Source: an uncultured Alphaproteobacteria bacterium (GTDB lineage: Bacteria > Pseudomonadota > Alphaproteobacteria > CBDUYM01). From it: a DNA stretch of 64,000 nt. The notes under the pieces were generated by a model that made no database searches, was not told the origin of the DNA, and saw only the letters and a list, made by a program, of their open reading frames with translations. The position numbers were made by a program, and so were the translations under genes. The stretch covers positions 73,768-137,767 of the forward strand of contig CBDUYM010000006.1 of NCBI GenBank assembly GCA_965371465.1. Direction: 5' to 3'. Position 1 is the first letter of the stretch, and each line of letters begins with the position of its first letter. Below, one piece after another: positions 57,700 through 64,000 of this stretch.

Positions 57700-58377
57700 T
57701 TATGGCGACCGGGACTCAGCCGCGCCACTTCGATCCTTCGCTGCCAGATCGGCCTTGACGATCTCTTCTGCGCTGATCAGGCCGGCGACACGTTTGCGCT
57801 TTTGCAGCGCATCGTCGCGAGCTTCGCCCTCAGCATTTGCGGCAGCGAGCGTGAACCACATATAGGCGGCCGATGGATCCTTCTCGACACCGTCGCCGTC
57901 CATGTGAATGAGGCCCAGATTGTATTGGGCCGTCGCGTGATTTTGGGCTGCGGCGCGTTCATACCAGGCGATACCTTTGGCGTCGTCGACGGGAAAGCTC
58001 TGGCCTTTTCGGTGCATGACCGCAAGGTTGAACTGGCTATCAGCATCGCCAAGATCGGCGGCTCTCTCAAACCACTTGGCGGCTTCATCGAAGTCCAAAG
58101 GTACCCCGTCACCTTCATAGTGCATGAAGCCAAGATTATGCATGGCGACTGCATGGCCGCTTTCTGCGGCCAGCGTAAACCAGCGAATGGCTTGTTCTGC
58201 GTCAGCTGTAACGCCGTCTCCCTGCCAGTGCATGAACCCGAGATTGGTCTGGGCGTCGCTGTGGCCTTCTTCGGCCAATGGAAGCCAGTGGGCGAGGCAG
58301 GTTACAAAATCACGCCGCCGGAACGCCAGCAGGCCGACATTGAAGTCATAGCGCGGCCGCTCAGTAGAGGATGTCAT
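57700..58377 (-). CDS. Sel1-repeat (TPR-like) protein
   Basis: Five Sel1-type repeats (A.TNLGFMHWQGDGV..D...A..WF..AA..G). Its ATG 58377 overlaps the sufA stop (TGATG). Confidence 0.7.
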   Translation of the reverse strand: MTSSTERPRYDFNVGLLAFRRRDFVTCLAHWLPLAEEGHSDAQTNLGFMHWQGDGVTADAEQAIRWFTLAAESGHAVAMHNLGFMHYEGDGVPLDFDEAAKWFERAADLGDADSQFNLAVMHRKGQSFPVDDAKGIAWYERAAAQNHATAQYNLGLIHMDGDGVEKDPSAAYMWFTLAAANAEGEARDDALQKRKRVAGLISAEEIVKADLAAKDRSGAAESRSP

Positions 58378-58712
58378 CACACGTGAAAGGATTCGCCGCA
58401 GCCGCAGCGGCCTTTTTCGTTGGGGTTATCGAAGACGAAGCCTGAGGTGAACTTTTCTTCCACATAGTCCATCTGCGCGCCGATGAGGTACATGAGAGCG
58501 GTGGGCTCGATGAAGATTTTCACACCCTTGTCTTCGACGACTTCCTCGAAAGCGCGTTCATCTTCGGCGTATTCGACCTGATAGGTGAGGCCAGAGCAGC
58601 CGCCTTCCTTGGTGCCGACACGGAGTCCGAGGACAGGAGTCGTGCTTGCCGCAATCAGGTTCTTGACCTGATCGGCGGCGGCATCTGTGAGGCTGATGAC
58701 GGGTCCTGGCAT
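58377..58712 (-). CDS. sufA: Fe-S cluster insertion protein (HesB/IscA/SufA/ErpA family)
   Basis: C-x62-CGCGESF three-Cys motif, 111 aa. Confidence 0.85.
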   Translation of the reverse strand: MPGPVISLTDAAADQVKNLIAASTTPVLGLRVGTKEGGCSGLTYQVEYAEDERAFEEVVEDKGVKIFIEPTALMYLIGAQMDYVEEKFTSGFVFDNPNEKGRCGCGESFHV

Positions 58713-58794
58713 GTCTACTTATCCTTCGGGCGTAATATCGTGTCGATCGGTGTGTTCGTCAATGATCTGGATCGGGGGCGCTGGTTTGTCGCAA

Positions 58795-59235
58795 TCAGAA
58801 CATGTCCAGGGCAACAAGGGCTTCTTCGCTCATCAGGTCTTTGGTCCACGCCGGTTCCCAGACAATTTCGACGGCCACTTCACCGACGCCATCAACACCG
58901 GCGATAGTGTGGGCGACTTGTGCTGGCAGGTATTCGGCGACCGGACAGCCGGGGGCGGTCAGCGTCATATCGACATCGACTTTGCCATGCGGGCCGAAAT
59001 CAATCTTATAGATCAGGCCGAGCTCATAGATGTCCACAGGAATTTCCGGATCGTAGACGGTTTTGATGGCGGCAATGATCTGGTCGCCCAATGCTTCTGC
59101 CGTGGCTTCGTTCTCAAGGGCCTCGCCGGCGTGAGAGGTTGCGATATCTTCCGGCGCAAACATCGTGCCCCAGTTGTCCGTGGGGAAGTCATCAGCGGGT
59201 CTGGTATCTGTTGGTCTGGTGTCTTCAGGCATGAT
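58795..59235 (-). CDS. DUF59 (MIP18/SufT-like) Fe-S assembly protein
   Basis: Conserved DPEIPVDIYELGLIY core. Pro/Thr/Asp-rich N-terminal tail. Start set at ATG 59235, just after the sufU stop. Confidence 0.7.
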   Translation of the reverse strand: MMPEDTRPTDTRPADDFPTDNWGTMFAPEDIATSHAGEALENEATAEALGDQIIAAIKTVYDPEIPVDIYELGLIYKIDFGPHGKVDVDMTLTAPGCPVAEYLPAQVAHTIAGVDGVGEVAVEIVWEPAWTKDLMSEEALVALDMF

Positions 59236-59236
59236 T

Positions 59237-59698
59237 TCACTCGGTTGTTGCGGCTTCTTCGCCGTCGAGGGCGGCACGCATGGTGTGCCAGGCAAGGGTC
59301 GCGCATTTGACGCGCATGGGATACTGGCGGATGCCGGACAGCACCATCAGTTTCTCCTGATCGTCGGCGTCGATGTTGTCGCTGTCCGGTGGTTCCTCAG
59401 ATGTGCACATTTCATGGAAGTGATCGAACAGGTCGCTGACTTCGGGTCTCGACTTGCCCTTGATCAGCTCCGTCATCATGGAAGCGGATGCTGTGGAGAT
59501 GGCGCAACCGTTGCCCAGGAACGAGATGTCCGCCACCTTGCCGGTCTCATCAAGATCGAGATAGACCGTGAACCGATCACCGCACATGGGGTTATTGCCT
59601 TTGGCCGAGCGGGCCTCCTCCAGCTCGCGGAAATTTCGGGGTGAGCGGCTATGATCAAGAATGACATCCTGATAAAGGTCCTGAAGATCGAAGCTCAT
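59237..59698 (-). CDS. sufU: SufU-type (NifU/IscU-like) sulfur transfer/scaffold protein
   Basis: NPMCGD, GNGCAIS and KCATLAW motifs as in Bacillus-type SufU. Confidence 0.75.
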   Translation of the reverse strand: MSFDLQDLYQDVILDHSRSPRNFRELEEARSAKGNNPMCGDRFTVYLDLDETGKVADISFLGNGCAISTASASMMTELIKGKSRPEVSDLFDHFHEMCTSEEPPDSDNIDADDQEKLMVLSGIRQYPMRVKCATLAWHTMRAALDGEEAATTE

Positions 59699-60939
59699 CG
59701 GCTGAAGACCTCCTTTACGCGGTGCAACGAGGCAATCAGGGCGTCAACATCATCTTTCCCCGAATAGATCCCGAACGAGGCCCGGGCAGTGGCGACGATG
59801 CCAAAGCGGTCCATCAGAGGCTGGGCGCAATGGTGACCGGTGCGAACCGCCACGCCCTGGCCATCGACAATCGTGCCAATGTCGTGCGCATGAGCGCTCG
59901 CCATCAGAAACGAGACGATGCTGCACTTGTTCTCAGCTCGGCCATAGATACGAAGCCCGTCGAGCTGCAGGAGTTCCTCTGTGGCGTATTCAAGGACAAT
60001 TGCCTCATGGGCGGCAATCAGGTCGAGGCCAATCCCGTTCACATAGTCGATCGCGGCAGCAAGCCCCACAGACTCAGTGATCGCAGGCGTGCCGGCTTCG
60101 AAGCGGGCCGGGGCTTCACGATAGGTTGTTTTTTCAAAGGTGACGTTTGCAATCATTTCGCCGCCGCCCTGCCAGGGGGGCATAGAATCAAGGAGTGCCT
60201 TTTTCCCGTAGAGCACGCCGATGCCGGTCGGGCCGTAGAGTTTGTGACCGGTGAAGGCGTAGAAATCGACATCCAGGTCTTTGACATCCTCGGCCGCATG
60301 AACAATCCCCTGCGCCCCGTCGACCACGGCAACAGCACCGGCCTCATGGGCGAGAGCAGCAATCTCGGCCACCGGGTTAATGGTCCCCAGAACATTGGAG
60401 GCATGGGTGAATGCGACTATCTTCGTCCTTTTGTTCAGGAGTTTTCTGTAGGCATCCAGATCAAGGACACCCGCGTCATCCACAGGGATTACTTTGATCG
60501 CGGCACCTGTGCGATCACGCAGGAGCTGCCAGGGCACAATGTTGGCGTGATGTTCCATCTCGGTCAGGATGATCTCATCACCGGGCTGAAGTCGCTGGCC
60601 ATAGGACGCGGCAACCAGATTGAGCGCTGATGTTGCGTTGCCGGTGAAAATGATCTCATCCGTGCCGGCGCCGAGAAATTCAGCAACCGTTTTGCGTGAA
60701 GCCTCATAGGCGTCTGTTGCCATCTGGCTCAGGTAATGAACACCACGATGGACGTTCGCGTAGTGCGTTTCCTGAAAATCACGCATGGCATCAAGCACGG
60801 CGATCGGCTTTTGTGCTGACGCCCCACTGTCGAGATAGACCAGGCGATGGCCTTTCACCGGCTTTGACAGGATTGGGAAATCCGCACGGATGGCCGCGAG
60901 ATCAAGCGTGTTGGGGATGGCGCGCGGATTTGCCGTCAT
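59695..60939 (-). CDS. sufS: cysteine desulfurase SufS
   Basis: Class-II aminotransferase (SufS) PLP motifs, with FTGHKLYGPTGIGVLYG carrying the PLP lysine and the C-terminal RTGHHCAQP Cys loop. Its ATG 60939 overlaps the sufD stop (ATGA). Confidence 0.9.
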   Translation of the reverse strand: MTANPRAIPNTLDLAAIRADFPILSKPVKGHRLVYLDSGASAQKPIAVLDAMRDFQETHYANVHRGVHYLSQMATDAYEASRKTVAEFLGAGTDEIIFTGNATSALNLVAASYGQRLQPGDEIILTEMEHHANIVPWQLLRDRTGAAIKVIPVDDAGVLDLDAYRKLLNKRTKIVAFTHASNVLGTINPVAEIAALAHEAGAVAVVDGAQGIVHAAEDVKDLDVDFYAFTGHKLYGPTGIGVLYGKKALLDSMPPWQGGGEMIANVTFEKTTYREAPARFEAGTPAITESVGLAAAIDYVNGIGLDLIAAHEAIVLEYATEELLQLDGLRIYGRAENKCSIVSFLMASAHAHDIGTIVDGQGVAVRTGHHCAQPLMDRFGIVATARASFGIYSGKDDVDALIASLHRVKEVFSR

Positions 60940-62273
60940 GCCTGCCTCCCGCCCTGGATACGCCAAGTCTGGATGCGCGTGTCGAACCAGTCCCGCACCC
61001 GGCTCATATCTATGCCGATGTCGTCATCCATGGCAGCATTGTCGAGGACTTCGGCGAGGAACGCCTGGATGAGAAGATCTCGCGCTTCCACCTCGGGAAT
61101 GCCGCGGGAGCGGAGATAAAAGAGTGCCTCCTCATCAAGCTCGCCGACGGTCGCACCATGGCCGCACTTGACGTCATCTGCATAGATTTCAAGCTCCGGC
61201 TTTGTGTTCATCTCGGCATGCTCAGAGAGCAGCAGCGTTTTGTTCAGCTGATGTCCTTCAATGCGCTGGGCACCGCGTGCCACCAGGACATGGCCCTGAA
61301 AGACGCCATGGGCACGGTCCGTAAGCGCACCTTTAAAGAGCTGATTGCTGATGGTTTCAGGGGCGAGGTGTTCGATGCGCGTCGTTATGTCGGCATGCTG
61401 ATTTCCCTGCATGAGATAGACACCGGAGAGATTACATTTCCCGCCGTTTCGCCTGAGCTCAACGCGGGTCTCATGACGGCTGAGTGCTGCGCCGATGCTG
61501 AACAAGAGACTGCGGTATTCGGCATCCCGGCGCACCGTGACGTGAGTGTTGGAGATGTGAATGCCGTCGGCCGCCTCGTCCTGAATGATGTGATGATTGA
61601 GAATGGCGTGGCGTGCAAGGTTGATGGTCGTCGATGAATTCGCAAGATACGCACCTGTGCCGGCCTGTCCGATGTGCCGCTCAATCACTGTTGCTTTCGA
61701 TCCCGGTGCGGCCAGGATGAGATTGCGCTGGTGATACATGGGCGAAACTCCTTCGCCCGCCCCACTGTGATCGAAGACGATTTCAATAGGCTGATCGCAG
61801 GCTGCGTTTCGGTCAAGAAGGAGGACATAGCCATCTGACGCGAACGCCGCACTCAGGTCGGCAAGTGGTGCGCCTGAGGATGTCTTCTCAAGGAACGGCT
61901 GCACCAGGTCGGGCACATTATTGAGCGCCTGATGCAGATTCATGAGCCAGACATCATCTGGCAATTCAGATGAGAGACTTTCAGTATGAGCGCTGCCGTT
62001 CTGGATCAGAAGCGTCGTAGCGAAGCCTTCACGAGGTGTTACTTCAACCGTTGCGTCAGACTTTTCCGGAATCGCAAAGTTGCCACTGCGAAGAAGGCCG
62101 AGGTTGGTATATTTCCATGCCTCTTCCTTTTGCGTCGGCAGGCCGACAGCGCTGAATGCTGCAAGATCACGCAGGCGCGCTTCGTTGAGCCAGGCCAGGT
62201 TCGCGCCGGGCAGCGTCGCCTTCGTCTCTTCGAAGGCGTCGTTTAATTCGGCTGTTTCAAGTCCCGTATTCAT
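60936..62273 (-). CDS. sufD: Fe-S cluster assembly protein SufD
   Basis: SufB/D beta-helix family without the SufB Cys motifs. Start set at ATG 62273 (MNTGLET...). Confidence 0.8.
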   Translation of the reverse strand: MNTGLETAELNDAFEETKATLPGANLAWLNEARLRDLAAFSAVGLPTQKEEAWKYTNLGLLRSGNFAIPEKSDATVEVTPREGFATTLLIQNGSAHTESLSSELPDDVWLMNLHQALNNVPDLVQPFLEKTSSGAPLADLSAAFASDGYVLLLDRNAACDQPIEIVFDHSGAGEGVSPMYHQRNLILAAPGSKATVIERHIGQAGTGAYLANSSTTINLARHAILNHHIIQDEAADGIHISNTHVTVRRDAEYRSLLFSIGAALSRHETRVELRRNGGKCNLSGVYLMQGNQHADITTRIEHLAPETISNQLFKGALTDRAHGVFQGHVLVARGAQRIEGHQLNKTLLLSEHAEMNTKPELEIYADDVKCGHGATVGELDEEALFYLRSRGIPEVEARDLLIQAFLAEVLDNAAMDDDIGIDMSRVRDWFDTRIQTWRIQGGRQA

Positions 62274-62283
62274 GATTCTGACT

Positions 62284-63033
62284 TCAGGCGACCTCTTTGG
62301 TGAACTCGGCGTAGCCTCGTTCTTCCAGTTCGAACGCAAGTTCCTTGCCCCCGGATTTCGCGATCCTGCCATTGGCCAGGACGTGAACCTGGTCTGGCAC
62401 GATGTAATCGAGAAGCCTCTGATAGTGGGTAATGATGAGAATGGACCGCTCCGGCGAACGCAAGCGATTGACACCGTCGGCCACCAGTTTCAGGGCATCG
62501 ATATCAAGACCGGAATCGGTTTCATCAAGAATGGCGAGGGTGGGTTCGAGAAGCGCCATCTGCAGCACTTCGTTGCGCTTTTTTTCACCGCCCGAAAAGC
62601 CAACATTGAGACCGCGGCGCAGCATATCATCCGAAATCTCCAGCTCAGCCGTCTTTTCACGGGCGAATTTCAGGAACTGCAGGGCGTCCAGTGGGTCTTC
62701 GCCGCGCCCTGAGCGAATGGCGTTAAGCGCGGTCCGGAGGAAGGTCATGTTGGTAACGCCGGGGATTTCAACCGGATACTGAAAGGCTAAGAACACGCCT
62801 TTGGCGGCCCGTTCCTCAGGCTTGAGCGCCAGAAGATCCTCTCCTTGATAGGTGACCGAGCCTCCGGTCACCTCATAGCCGGCTTTCCCAGTCAACACAT
62901 GGGCGAGGGTCGACTTACCCGATCCGTTCGGTCCCATAATGGCGTGGACCTCGCCGGCGGCAATGCTAAGCGTAAGCCCGTTCAGGATCGCGCCATTCGC
63001 AACATTCACATGAAGATCGTTGATTTCAAGCAT
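62284..63033 (-). CDS. sufC: Fe-S cluster assembly ATPase SufC
   Basis: Walker A GPNGSGKST, ABC signature FSGGEKKR, Walker B ILDETDSGLD. Confidence 0.9.
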   Translation of the reverse strand: MLEINDLHVNVANGAILNGLTLSIAAGEVHAIMGPNGSGKSTLAHVLTGKAGYEVTGGSVTYQGEDLLALKPEERAAKGVFLAFQYPVEIPGVTNMTFLRTALNAIRSGRGEDPLDALQFLKFAREKTAELEISDDMLRRGLNVGFSGGEKKRNEVLQMALLEPTLAILDETDSGLDIDALKLVADGVNRLRSPERSILIITHYQRLLDYIVPDQVHVLANGRIAKSGGKELAFELEERGYAEFTKEVA

Positions 63034-63035
63034 CT

Positions 63036-64000
<965 letters not shown>

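Overview
High-GC (~60%) chromosomal segment that looks alphaproteobacterial, densely coding with about 70 genes and short intergenic gaps. I found no rRNA, tRNA, CRISPR array, transposase or integrase. From start to end the content is: (1) a Flp pilin with a long AT-rich leader, a secreted trypsin-like protease and a DUF350 protein. (2) An alcohol dehydrogenase, a DJ-1/PfpI protein, a carboxylesterase, tandem Cof-type HAD hydrolases and an SDR. (3) A Cys-cluster protein coupled to an acyl-CoA dehydrogenase, then an ABC-2 exporter. (4) ArsR divergent from two SRPBCC genes. (5) A beta-oxidation-like block: ACAD, SCP-x-type thiolase, acyl-CoA synthetase and a saccharopine-DH-like protein. (6) Two tandem multi-repeat VOC proteins, a GNAT, a hypothetical, a gluconolactonase and a TPP enzyme. 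(7) An esterase/serine-hydrolase island: alpha/beta hydrolase, carboxylesterase B and two beta-lactamase-fold hydrolases. (8) PiT, TenA, MsrA and a TonB-dependent receptor on one strand. (9) A tightly coupled 4-gene operon: TPR-sulfotransferase, PnuC-family transporter, choline/thiamin-kinase-like APH-fold kinase and crotonase. (10) An M28 peptidase, an orphan NHLP-type (nitrile-hydratase-leader-like) precursor peptide, an AKR, a methyltransferase, a cyclophilin, a DUF35 protein, DUF423, RecX-like and EEP genes. (11) Three paralogous ACADs, two of them with glycine-rich inserts, interrupted by a TPR membrane protein. (12) A dipeptide epimerase, a GcvR-like ACT protein and a His-rich hypothetical. 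(13) A Tat-nitroreductase/MarR operon with a perfect operator palindrome. (14) A complete SUF Fe-S operon, sufBCDS-sufU-DUF59-sufA, with a Sel1-repeat gene coupled at its tail. My best candidates for something undescribed are the sulfotransferase-PnuC-kinase-crotonase operon next to the TonB receptor/TenA block, and the orphan NHLP precursor peptide.
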